64,000 nt of DNA from Eledone cirrhosa (GCA_964016885.1 OZ024745.1:1302001-1366000); one strand, 5' to 3'; positions 15,001 through 26,499 are shown, numbered from the stretch's first letter. Numbers and translations are program-made. The notes: generated from the letters alone by a model not told the origin.

Positions 15001-18000
15001 CACATTACAGTGTGGACTGGGAGACAGGTTTCTACAGCTGGCTGTCCTTCCTAACACCAACCACACTACAGTGTGGACTGGGAGACAGGTTTCTACAGCT
15101 GGCTGTCCTTCCTAACACCAACCACACTACAGTGTGGACTGGGAGACAGGTTTCTACAGCTGGCTGTCCTTCCTAACACCAACCACATTACAGTGTGGAC
15201 TGGGAGACAGGTTTCTACAGCTGGCTGTCCTTCCTAACACCAACCACACTACAGTGTGGACTGGGAGACAGGTTTCTACAGCTGGCTGTCCTTCCCAACA
15301 CCAACCACATTACAGTGTGGACTGGGAGAAAGGTATCTACAACTGGCTGTCCTTCCTAACACCAACCACATTACAGTGTGGACTGGGAGACAGGTTTCTA
15401 CAGCTGGCTGTCCTTCCTAACACCAACCACATTACAATGTGGACTGGGAGAAAGGTATCTACAGCTGGCTGTCCTTCCTAACACCAACCACACTACAGTG
15501 TGGACTGGGAGACAGGTATCTACAGCTGGCTGTCCTTCCTAACACCAACCACATTACAATGTGGACTGGAAGAAAGGTATCTACAGCTGGCTGTCCTTCC
15601 TAACACCAACCACACTACAGTGTGGACTGGGAGACAGGTATCTACAGCTGGCTGTCCTTCCTAACACCAACCACACTACAGTGTGGACTGGGAGACAGGT
15701 ATCTACAGCTGGCTGTCCTTCCTAACACCAACCACACTACAGTGTGGACTGGGAGACAGGTATCTACAGCTGGCTGTCCTTCATAACACCAACCACATTA
15801 CAGTGTGGACTGGGAGACAGGTATCTACAGCTGGCTGTCCTTCCTAACACCAACCACACTACAGTGTGGACTGGGAGACAGGTTTCTACAGCTGGCTGTC
15901 CTTCCCAACACCAACCACACTACCGTGTGGACTGGGAGACAGGTTTCTACAGCTGGCTGTCCTTCCCAACACCAACCACATTACAGTGTGGACTGGGAGA
16001 CAGGTATCTACAGCAGGCTGTCCTTCCTAACACCAACCACACTACAGTGTGGACTGAGAGACAGGTATCTACAGCTGGCTGTCCTCCCTAACACCAACCA
16101 CATTACAGTGTGGACTGGGAGAAAGGTATCTACAGCTGGCTGTCCTTCCTAACACCAACCACATTACAGTGTGGACTGGGAGACAGGTTTCTACAGCTGG
16201 CTGTCCTTCCTAACACCAACCACACTACAGTGTGGACTGGGAGACAGGTTTCTACAGCTGGCTGTCCTTCCTAACACCAACCAACTACAGTGTGGACTGG
16301 GAGACAGGTATCTACAGCTGGCTGTCCTTCCTAACACCAACCACACTACAGTGTGGACAGGGAGAAAGGTTTCTACAGCTGGCTGTCCTTCCTAACACCA
16401 ACCACACTACAGTGTGGACTGGGAGACAGGTTTCTACAGCTGGCTGTCCTTCCTAACACCAACCACACTACAGTGTGGACTGGGAGACAGGTTTCTACAG
16501 CTGGCTGACCTTCCTAACACCAACAACACTACAGTGTGGACTGGGAGACAGGTTTCTACAGCTGGCTGTCCTTCCTAACACCAACCACACTACAGTGTGG
16601 ACTGGGAGACAGGTATCTACAGCTGGCTGACCTTCCTAACACCAACCACACTACAGTCTGGACAGGGAGAAAGGTTTCTACAGCTGGCTGTCCTTCCTAA
16701 CACCAACCACACTACAGTGTGGACTGGGAGACAGGTTTCTACAGCTGGCTGTCCTTCCTAACACCAACCACACTACAGTGTGGACTGGGAGACAGGTTTC
16801 TACAGCTGGCTGTCCTTCCTAACACCAACCACATTACAGTGTGGACTGGGAGACAGGTTTCTACAGCTGGCTGTCCTTCCTAACACCAACCACATTACAG
16901 TGTGGACTGGGAGACAGGTATCTACAGCTGGCTGTCCTTCCTAACACCAACCACACTACAGTGTGGACTGGGAGACAGGTTTCTACAGCTGGCTGTCCTT
17001 CCTAACACCAACCACACTACAGTGTGGACTGGGAGACAGGTATCTACAGCTGGCTGTCCTTCCTAACACCAACCAACTACAGTGTGGACTGGAAGACAGG
17101 TATCTACAGCTCTACAGCTGGCTGTCCTTCCTAACACCAACCACACTATAGTGTGGACTGGGAGACAGGTTTCTACAGCTGGCTGTCCTTCCTAACACCA
17201 ACCACACTACAGTGTGGACTGGGAGACAGGTTTCTACAGCTGGCTGTCCTTCCCAACACCAACAACACTACAGTGTGGACTGGGAGAAAGGTATCTACAA
17301 CTGGCTGTCCTTCCTAACACCAACCACATTACAGTGTGGACTGGGAGACAGGTTTCTACAGCTGGCTGTCCTTCCTAACACCAACCACATTACAATGTGG
17401 ACTGGGAGAAAGGTATCTACAGCTGGCTGTCCTTCCTAACACCAACCACACTACAGTGTGGACTGGGAGACAGGTATCTACAGCTGGCTGTCCTTCCTAA
17501 CACCAACCACATTACAATGTGGACTGGGAGAAAGGTATCTACAGCTGGCTGTCCTTCCTAACACCAACCACACTACAGTGTGGACTGGGAGACAGGTATC
17601 TACAGCTGGCTGTCCTTCCTAACACCAACCACACTACAGTGTGGACTGGGAGACAGGTATTTACAGCTGGCTGTCCTTCCTAACACCAACCATACTACAG
17701 TGTGGACTGGGAGACAGGTATCTACAGCTGGCTGTCCTTCCTAACACCAACCACATTACAGTGTGGACTGGGAGACAGGTATCTACAGCTGGCTGTCCTT
17801 CCTAACACCAACCACACTACAGTGTGGACTGGGAGACAGGTTTCTACAGCTGGCTGTCCTTCCCAACACCAACCACACTACAGTGTGGACTGGGAGACAG
17901 GTTTCTACAGCTGGCTGTCCTTCCCAACACCAACCACATTACAGTGTGGACTGGGAGACAGGTATCTACAGCTGGCTGTCCTTCCTAATACCAACCACAC

Positions 18001-19844
18001 TACAGTGTGGACTGAGAGACAGGTATCTACAGCTGGCTGTCCTTCCTAACACCAACCACATTACAGTGTGGACTGGGAGAAAGGTATCTACAGCTGGCTG
18101 TCCTTCCTAACACCAACCACATTACAGTGTGGACTGGGAGACAGGTTTCTACAGCTGGCTGTCCTTCCTAACACCAACCACACTACAGTGTGGACTGGGA
18201 GACAGGTTTCTACAGCTGGCTGTCCTTCCTAACACCAACCAACTACAGTGTGGACTGGGAGACAGGTATCTACAGCTGGCTGTCCTTCCCAACACCAACC
18301 ACACTACAGTGTGGACTGGGAGACAGGTTTCTACAGCTGGCTGTCCTTCCCAACACCAACCACATTACAGTGTGGACTGGGAGACAGGTATCTACAGCTG
18401 GCTGTCCTTCCTAATACCAACCACACTACAGTGTGGACTGAGAGACAGGCATCTACAGCTGGCTGTCCTTCCTAACACCAACCACATTACAGTGTGGACT
18501 GGGAGAAAGGTATCTACAGCTGGCTGTCCTTCCTAACACCAACCACATTACAGTGTGGACTGGGAGACAGGTTTCTACAGCTGGCTGTCCTTCCTAACAC
18601 CAACCACACTACAGTGTGGACTGGGAGACAGGTTTCTACAGCTGGCTGTCCTTCCTAACACCAACCAACTACAGTGTGGACTGGGAGACAGGTATCTACA
18701 GCTGGCTGTCCTTCCTAACACCAACCACACTACAGTGTGGACAGGGAGAAAGGTTTCTACAGCTGGCTGTCCTTCCTAACACCAACCACACTACAGTGTG
18801 GACTGGGAGACAGGTTTCTACAGCTGGCTGTCCTTCCTAACACCAACCACACTACAGTGTGGACTGGGAGACAGGTTTCTACAGCTGGCTGACCTTCCTA
18901 ACACCAACAACACTACAGTGTGGACTGGGAGACAGGTTTCTACAGCTGGCTGTCCTTCCTAACACCAACCACACTACAGTGTGGACTGGGAGACAGGTAT
19001 CTACAGCTGGCTGTCCTTCCTAACACCAACCACACTACAGTGTGGACAGGGAGAAAGGTTTCTACAGCTGGCTGTCCTTCCTAACACCAACCACACTACA
19101 GTGTGGACTGGGAGACAGGTTTCTACAGCTGGCTGTCCTTCCTAACACCAACCACATGACAGTGTGGACTGGGAGACAGGTTTCTACAGCTGGCTGTCCT
19201 TCCTAACACCAACCACATTACAGTGTGGACTGGGAGACAGGTATCTACAGCTGGCTGTCCTTCCTAACACCAACCACACTACAGTGTGGACTGGGAGACA
19301 GGTTTCTACAGCTGGCTGTCCTTCCTAACACCAACCACACTACAGTGTGGACTGGGAGACAGGTTTCTACAGCTGGCTGTCCTTCCTAACACCAACCACA
19401 CTACAGTGTGGACTGGGAGACAGGTATCTACAGCTGGCTGTCCTTCCTAACACCAACCAACTACAGTGTGGACTGGAAGACAGGTATCTACAGCTCTACA
19501 GCTGGCTGTCCTTCCTAACACCAACCACACTACAGTGTGGACAGGGAGACAGGTTTCTACAGCTGGCTGTCCTTCCTAACAGCAACCACACTACAGTGTT
19601 GACTGGGAGACAGGTTTCTACAGCTGGCTGTCCTTCCTAACACCAACCACGTTACAGCGTGGACTGGGAGAAAGGTATCTACAGCTGGCTGTCCTTCCTA
19701 ACACCAACCACACTACAGTGTTGACTGGGAGACAGGTATCCACAGCTGGCTGTCCTTCCTAACACCAACCACATTACAGTGTGGACTGGGAGACAGGTAT
19801 CTACAGCTGGCTGTCCTTCCTAACACCAACCACATTACAGTGTG
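1..19844. repeat. 61-bp satellite array (about 325 copies, runs off the left edge), inside the last GNB5 intron
   Basis: Unit ACAGTGTGGACTGGGAGACAGGTATCTACAGCTGGCTGTCCTTCCTAACACCAACCACACT repeats head-to-tail with point variants. Rare 60-bp and 69-bp units occur after about 14.7 kb. Confidence 0.99.
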
Positions 19845-20237
19845 ACTATATTTATTTTTCTTAGAAACATCTACACACACTCTCATAACCAAACACATAA
19901 CAAAGAAAATGTATATAATATCGTATGTATGTGTATATTTGCATATAATACAGTATGTATATGTGTATATAATACAGAGTGAGCATAAAATATTTCCCTG
20001 ATCATATAATACCATATCTCAGATACTATTTGAGATTTTACTTTTTCATTGTTTTAATTTATAAATTTCAAGTTTAAAGTTTTTCTGAACATGTTTGATA
20101 TTTTCTCTTCTACAGGAAGTAGTTGTAATATTCTTAATGAAGGTTTAATATACTTAATGAATGTTTATAATGAAGGAAAGACTTTATTCTCTCTCTCTAT
20201 ATGAGAGCATATGTGTATGTTTGTATATAATACTAAC

Positions 20238-20404
20238 CTTCAGTGTGTAATCCCAGCTACCAGTACACAGAGCTGTACCATCAGGTGATACACCAAGACA
20301 ACTAACACGATTTTCATGACCGTACAATACACATATACGGTTGCTCTTCAGGACGTCCCATATATTTACAGTATAATCGTTATATCCAGTAAATAGTAAT
20401 CGAC
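20238..20404 (-). CDS. GNB5: G-protein beta-5 internal exon (penultimate coding exon): [56 protein letters not shown]
   Basis: Acceptor ...ctctctggtgtatag and donor AAG|gttagt. 167 bp, phase matches the upstream exon. GYNDY and SPDGTA are beta-5-type residues (beta-1 has GYDDF). Confidence 0.95.
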
Positions 20405-20768
20405 CTATACACCAGAGAGAAAAACCCATAGTAAGGAATATGATTGAAGGAAAAGACAATTAAATAAACATAAATAATTATTAGAATTTAATCAAAATAT
20501 TAAACAATTTAGTCAGATATTAAAGAGAGACATCATATTTTGTAGGTTTTAGATAATAGAAAATAATTTATTTTCAGAAAGATAAAAATAATAATAATAA
20601 TAAATCATTGTGTACAATGCTCAGATGCATTACTAAGTTGTAAGATTCATTATGAAAAATCATTTGATAAAATTATATTTATTGATGGATGGAACCAGTG
20701 AATGACTATTTATTCTATAAATATGGGATGTAATTAAAATTTTCCAAACTCCCCAAATGGATACTTAC

Positions 20769-20865
20769 CACTTAATGAGAATCCTACAGAGTTACAACCA
20801 AAAATAATGCTTTCTTTTTTATAGCAATTTACTTCTCGGTCAGCTCGTAAATCAAACAAACGACA
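20769..20865 (-). CDS. GNB5: G-protein beta-5 exon: [32 protein letters not shown](G)
   Basis: ttctttttgcag acceptor and G|gtaagt donor, 97 bp. KESIIFG is characteristic of beta-5. Not in the ORF track. Confidence 0.95.
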
Positions 20866-21033
20866 CTGCAAAAAGAAATATTTTTTTGACATAAGTCTTC
20901 TTACAAGTAAGACTGCAAATTGCTGGGTAGATTAGGTATTAGGTCTGTAGTTTCTATCAAGTAACAGAACTGTTGTCTTCTCAGTCTAGGTCTAACCAAT
21001 AGGCTAAACTCAGATAGAATAGAAACTGTTGTC

Positions 21034-21360
21034 CAGAGGTTCTCAAAATAGGGGCTACTACCCCCTGGGGGCATTGAGAAGGTCCAAGGGGGCGCTGGGC
21101 CTAAGGAGTCGCTACAGATGATATAATAATATATTAAATATCAATTGATACATATTATAAATATAGTGAAATAAAAAATATATAATATTTATTTATACAT
21201 AGTATATATATTATTTATTATATATAGATTAACAATTTTATTTATCATATATTATTTACAATTTGCATGTAGGTAGTTCTTGCTAGAAATAGGGGTGAGG
21301 ACTCTGAGGTTATTATGTGGCCGTAGGTGGGGCATGACTCAAAAAGTTTGAGAACCTCTG
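21034..21360. mobile_element. hAT-like MITE
   Basis: Perfect 14-bp TIRs CAGAGGTTCTCAAA ... TTTGAGAACCTCTG around an AT-rich core. No clear 8-bp TSD. Confidence 0.75.
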
Positions 21361-21442
21361 TCATAGTCTGAGTCTAACCAATAGACTAAACCCAGACAGA
21401 ATAGAAAAATAGAAGATGAAGGAAAGAAAGCAAGTGGTTTAC

Positions 21443-21583
21443 CGTTGCATCATCAGAACCAGTAGCAAATGCATCTCCACTGGGATAGAACCTGACTGAA
21501 TTGATGTCATTTTCATGGCCTTCAAATACTTGGGTACATTCACCAGTTCTTATGTCCCATATCATTGCAACTTTATCACAACC
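21443..21583 (-). CDS. GNB5: G-protein beta-5 exon: [47 protein letters not shown]
   Basis: ctctctatatttcacag acceptor and ACG|gtaaac donor. 141 bp, phase 0/0, WD40 GH...WD pattern. Confidence 0.95.
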
Positions 21584-21605
21584 CTGTGAAATATAGAGAG
21601 AAGAT

Positions 21606-22330
21606 ATCATCATCATCACTGTTTAACATCTATACTCTATGTTCCCATAGGTTAGACAAGCTGTCATGTTACGTGGATAATCAGGTCAGCTGACCATATC
21701 ATGCTCATATATCAAGTCAGCTGACCACATCTTGCTCATATATCAGGTCAGGTGACCACATCTTGCTCATATATCAGGTCAGCTGACCACATCTTGCTCA
21801 TATATCAGGTCAGGTGACCACATCTTGCTCATATATCAGGTCAGCTGACCATATCTTGCTCATATATCAGGTCAGGTGACCACATCTTGCTCATATATCA
21901 GGTCAGCTGACCACATCTTGCTCATATATCAGGTCAGCTGACCACATCTTGCTCATATATCAGGTCAGGTGACCACATCTTGCTCATATATCAGGTCAGC
22001 TGACCACATCTTGCTCATATAAGGTCAGCTGACCACATCTTGCTCATATATCAGGTCAGCTGACCACATCTTGCTCATATATCAAGTCAGGTGACCACAT
22101 CTTGCTCATATATCAGGTCAGCTGACCATATTTTGCTCATATATCAGGTCAGCTGACCATATTTTGCTCATATATCAGGTCACCTGACCACATCTTGCTC
22201 AGATGCTCTGTTTTTAACTTGGTCTTCTATGGTTTGATACTTCTTCTAATGCCAACCATTTCATGGCAAGGTTTGTTGTCTCATGACACCTAACAGAGTG
22301 TACTAGGAGCTTTTTTCATGGTACCAGCAT
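21606..22330 (-). mobile_element. Decayed SINE 3' part with RTE-type tail, hosting the 31-bp array
   Basis: (ATC)n tail followed by CTGTTTAACATC...GGTTAGAC, and after the array a degenerate TTCTATGGTTTGATACTTCTTCTAATGCCAACC. Collinear with the copy at 62113-62315. Confidence 0.65.
21681..22201. repeat. 31-bp minisatellite (about 17 copies)
   Basis: Unit TCAGGTCAGCTGACCACATCTTGCTCATATA contains the 12-bp palindrome GGTCAGCTGACC. Confidence 0.97.
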
Positions 22331-22562
22331 TAATACCTTATAAGGTTGACTGAGTGATTTTAAATACAGCTTGGCAATAATTAATAGATTATAAGTATGT
22401 ATTTCTATTTAATCTTATATATTTGTTATATGACAATAAAAATGCTTTTTCTTTATTGAAAAAAAATACATTTATGTCTACAGAATAATATTTTCTGGAA
22501 AGAAATCTGTTTTTATTTATTTATTTTTATCCCCACCCGAAAAAAATTAAAAAAGTACTTAC

Positions 22563-22706
22563 TCCGGATACAAACTGGTTTCCAGTTTCTGAAGGGGAAA
22601 GATCAATGCTCATAACATCTCCAGCATGTCCATGAAAACTCTGAATCAATTGGCCACTTTCAACATCCCACAATGCACATGTGCTGTCTCCACTTCCTGT
22701 GAGAAT
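22563..22706 (-). CDS. GNB5: G-protein beta-5 exon: [48 protein letters not shown]
   Basis: tattttaaatag acceptor and GGA|gtaagt donor, 144 bp. PSETGN is a beta-5 signature. Confidence 0.95.
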
Positions 22707-22914
22707 CTATTTAAAATATATATATATATATATATCATATATTACTTTACATATTTTATATGAAAATCTTTTTTCAAAATTTTATTTTTATCAGATAAAT
22801 TATGGATTATAGTTTAAAATATAACTCAAATCTCAAAACTATATTCTATCCTTAAATGGTATATTAAGTTGTGTTAAGTAACTGAAATACATAAAGTTAT
22901 ATCTGTATATAATA

Positions 22915-23034
22915 AATAATTGTTTCTACTTTTGGCACAAGGCCAGCAATTATCCCAGTGTATTACTGGTACTTTATTTTATCGACCCCCCTTAAGGATG
23001 AAAGGCAAAGTTAACCTCGGCAGGATTTGAACTC
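22915..23034 (-). mobile_element. 5'-truncated tRNA-derived SINE (Meta/MESC-like core)
   Basis: Near-identical to 23545-23660. Core reads AACTTTGCCTTTCATCCTT...GGGGTCGATAAAATAAAGTACCAG on the minus strand, truncated at the B box. Confidence 0.8.
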
Positions 23035-23144
23035 AATAATGAAATATATATATATCTGTAAAAGGTAACCAGAAATAAAAACACAATCAGTACAGTATAT
23101 GGAAGGGATATATTAGGTTAACGCTTGATATAGCAGGAAGACGG

Positions 23145-23180
23145 TCTTAACGTTTCGGACGCTAGTCCTTTATCAGAAGA
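23145..23180 (-). ncRNA. Minimal type I hammerhead ribozyme remnant (Penelope-like pLTR), G8 mutated
   Basis: Minus strand TCTT-CTGATAA-A-GGAC TAGC GTCC-GAA-ACGT-T-AAGA: stem I TCTT/AAGA, stem II GGAC/GTCC, palindromic stem III ACGT. Confidence 0.65.
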
Positions 23181-23544
23181 AAGAATGAGAAATAAGATAG
23201 ACTGAGGGGATAGGTGGGTTGGAATTGGAAATATATATATACAGAATAAAGGTAATCAAGACTGTGTAACTGTATATATAAATTTACATATTTTTAGTAT
23301 ATAGATATGTAGACATGCTAAATATATGTATTTCCCTGTAAATTGAAGAAAATAATAAATATCTTTAATCAATTTTCAAACTTAGTGTGGTTCCAAAATA
23401 TCTCAGTTAACCAATAAAGAAGGGAGCCTGCATCTCAATAATCTTCCTGGACCCTACCAAGTTCTTAGAAAGGCTGATAACCTGTCAGATTCTCTAACAT
23501 ATAATACCAGCACTCTGGAGGATGTCATCATGATAATGATGATA

Positions 23545-23734
23545 ATTGTTTCTACTATTGGCACAAGGCCAGCAATTACCCAGTGTATTACTGGTACTTT
23601 ATTTTATCGACCTCGTAAGGATGAAAGGCAAAGTTAACCTTGGCGGGATTTGAATTCAGAATGGCAAGGGCCGTAACTCTATGCGTCAAAGCATGGCGTC
23701 CGACCCTCTACCGATACTGCCAATTCACTGCCCT
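23545..23734 (-). mobile_element. Full-length tRNA-derived SINE (Meta/MESC-like core)
   Basis: Head GGGCAGTGAATTGGCAGTATCGGTAGAG (A-box-like) and B-box-like GAATTCAAATCC, then the core. Flanked by the direct repeat ATGATAATGATGATAAT (23530-23546 and 23735-23751). Confidence 0.85.
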
Positions 23735-23883
23735 ATGATAATGATGATAATGATGGTTGGCAATGTAAATCAAGGAAACTAGAAAGTCATATTATTTGAT
23801 GGGAACTTACATTCCTATCTGTGATGTTTGCTATATTATTAAAGGATTATTCTATAAAGAAATCTTACTGTTGACCACCTTAC

Positions 23884-24010
23884 CTGTTGGTCAGATGTGG
23901 TAAATGTGCAACATGACAAATAACTGGTATGTGTAGCAACTGCTTTCTTTTTAGTGGCAGGATCTTCATCCAAACTTAGTGGGTAAATGGTGCATTTGTT
24001 GTCCAGACCT
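23884..24010 (-). CDS. GNB5: G-protein beta-5 exon: (G)[42 protein letters not shown]
   Basis: ctatctttatgcag acceptor and CAG|gtaagg donor. 127 bp, phase 2 start matching the upstream exon. Confidence 0.95.
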
Positions 24011-24174
24011 CTGCATAAAGATAGACAAAGTATTTAAGAGTGACAGCCCTAAATGTTGATGTGAAATAAGAGATGAAGAGAGAAAAATGATGAAGTATAT
24101 TAACAGTGGTTAGAGCATAATAATTAAATAGATGAGCATCACATTTAAGAGAAGATTTGTTTTTCATTGATAAT

Positions 24175-24350
24175 GGAAGGAAGCCGCAATAGTGGAAGAC
24201 TGAGAAAGACTTGAACAGAGATGGTTAAAGCTGATCTCAAAACACTGAACCTTACAGAGGAGATGATGATGGAATGTTGTGAGTGGAGGGATGTTGTGCT
24301 GGAAAGGACTCATCCAAAACATGCAGACATGGAAAGGATGGATCTTTAAT
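24175..24350 (+). mobile_element. Old RTE LINE 3' fragment
   Basis: Degenerate GR(P)RKT(W)..VKADLKTLNL peptide followed by a CATGCAGACATGGAAAGGATGGATCTTTAA tail. Confidence 0.7.
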
Positions 24351-24779
24351 TAACAAATCTATTACACACACTTTATAGACTTTTATGTGCTTTCAGAAAT
24401 GTTTGGGCTAAATGTATTAATGTGGTTTGTGATTAGCTTTAATTAATGTTTGAGAAATGGCAGCAGTTATGGTTGCATGGTTAATGATATAACCATTCTA
24501 ACTTGTAGGACTCAATCTTGCGCATGGCCAACTATACCTAAAATACTAGTGAGTGAATAGGGAAGTTGTGTTGGGAACAACAATGTCAGAAGTCTCCACC
24601 ATTAGACTTCTGTGAATAGTTAATATAACACAATAAGTTTTCCTTGCATTGGTAGCTAAATGATGTGTAGATAGGGAGAAGGAAAGATGGTTGAAGGTTT
24701 TTTTGTTGAAAAACTGATGGAGTTGCTTTTCCATATAACATTCAGCTTTAACCATGGTAGAAGTGGCCAGGCGAAGTCT

Positions 24780-24880
24780 TGTCAGTGTCTCTGACCAGAG
24801 ATCTGCTGTCTTTTGTTAGAGTGGACCCTAGCTACTTGAAGGTGTCCACTTCTTCAAGTCTTGCTCCTTTGAACATGAGA
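24780..24880 (-). mobile_element. LINE reverse-transcriptase fragment
   Basis: Translates GARLEEVDTFK*LGSTLTKD, the RT thumb motif FKYLG with a stop. Confidence 0.65.
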
Positions 24881-25069
24881 GTAGATAGGGAGAAGCAAAG
24901 GGGGTCAAAACCAGTGTTGGTGCTAGTGCCAGTGTACAGATACAAACTCACCATGGTATGTCAGACTGATATTTTATTCACTTGGCCATAGTTACTGTAG
25001 AAATAAATAAAGTTATAAACATCCTAGAAAATACAATGTCCACATAGATTGACCCTCTTCTAACTAGTC

Positions 25070-25340
25070 TAAAGTCTGTCTCAAGCCCAGAGGCTCATCA
25101 GGCTGGTGTTTATCCTGGTTTCTGTGGTACTAAGTGACTGAGAGTACAAGACTTCCCCTTGGACAGGATGTCAGTCCATCTCAGGGTTAAACCCCTAGCT
25201 ACTGTTGAGATTCATTTTCAGCAGAGTATATTGGCGTAACTTGAAATGAAATGTTTTTCTCAAGAAAACAACATACAACCCAGTCCAGGAATTGAACCCA
25301 CGACATTATGATTGTAAGTCAAACAGCCTTACCACTAACA
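25070..25340 (-). mobile_element. Decayed tRNA-derived SINE (CORE-like body, different 3' end)
   Basis: B box GGGTTCAATTCC, then TTCTTGAGAAAAACATTTCATTTCA and CCCTGAGATGGACTGACATCCTGTCCAAGGGG on the minus strand. Head resembles 61490-61623. Confidence 0.7.
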
Positions 25341-25982
25341 ACTAGGAGAAACATCAACTATTTAACGTGACATATTAAGACTGAAGCTGAAGTACAGTGA
25401 TTAATTGTGTAACGATTAAGTAAAATATTTCATAAAAACAGGTTTGTAAATTCAAATGTTTATAGTATCTTTACTGGTGTATAGATTGTTGTGAAAAGTT
25501 AGAGTAAAGACTTGAATTTTTAATGTGATGCAGTCATAGAGCTGTTTTGTACTTTTCAAGATTGACTTTCTAATGTGGTTTCATGTGATTTGTTAATTCA
25601 AATGTTTATAGAATATTTACTATTGGACAGATCATTGAAAATTTGCAGTATTAAATAAAGAATCTGATTATTAATGTGATGCAGTCATAATGCTATTTTG
25701 TAGTTTTTCAAGAATATCTTTCTAATGTGGTTTCATGTGGTACAGGACATTAAGAATTAAAGGAATATATAAAATACCTTGATAAAAATTTATTTCAAGT
25801 CTTCAGAAATGTCAGGTAGAAAAAGCAAATACAAACCATTCTAGTGTGGAAAAATGGACATTAAACTGTGATGATGATGATGAAGGAGATATTCTTTAAA
25901 CAAATGTATTTACAAGTAAAATTTTACTATTTGTGAGGATTGAAAGATGGGTAAATTAAATCGCCATGCTTAACCTTCTTAA

Positions 25983-26184
25983 TCCTTTAGCATTTAAACC
26001 ATCGTATCCGGCCAGAATTCTCTCACCTTTTTCTGTTCAAACCGGCTGTAACCGGCTGCTCATACTGATGTTACGGTATTGTTCTCAAAATAAACAATAT
26101 CAAAATGTTATAGATAATGTGTGAGATAATGTGTTTACCGCGAAAATATAATAGTAAACATAGAGCAATATAAATGCTAAAGGG
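25983..26184. mobile_element. piggyBac-like MITE
   Basis: TIRs TCCTTTAGCATTTA / TAAATGCTAAAGGG with TTAA on both sides (25979-25982, 26185-26188). Confidence 0.8.
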
Positions 26185-26282
26185 TTAATACCAACCTGCC
26201 TGAAACTGTCCTTGTTTTAATATTAAACAAACTGCCCATTTTGAAATGCTCAAAAATAACAGTGTGTATCTGGTTTAGAATA

Positions 26283-26400
26283 CAGTGGAACCTCGGTTCA
26301 CAAACAACCTTGGTTCACAAACACCTCTCATCATGAACAAATTGGTTCATGAACATAAAACATCTCTGGTGACAAATGTTGTCTTGAGAAACAAACACAG
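26283..26400 (+). mobile_element. pogo/Tigger-like DNA transposon end fragment
   Basis: TA followed by CAGTGGAACCTCGGTTCAC and subterminal GGTTCA repeats. Second TIR not seen. Confidence 0.55.
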
Positions 26401-26499
26401 AAGCCAGCAACAATGGTTAGTGACAAGTTGGGAGTATCGGCAGGAAAGCATCACTTGCTGTGTAGTTAGTTATTATGGTGATATCTGTTTTTCAAGAAA

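Noticed and set aside
2813-19640. Many 60-135-aa ORFs in the 61-bp array
   Set aside because: They appear where the unit's TAA is mutated or an indel shifts the frame, and they use non-ATG starts.
19883-20017. Possible GNB5 terminal exon starting IWY
   Set aside because: It needs a GAG acceptor with no pyrimidine tract and would add a long low-complexity tail instead of the conserved xWA-stop.
25076-25105. CTGATGAGCCTCTGGGC on the minus strand resembling a hammerhead
   Set aside because: There is no GAAA after the stem and no stems I or III; it is the tail of a decayed SINE.
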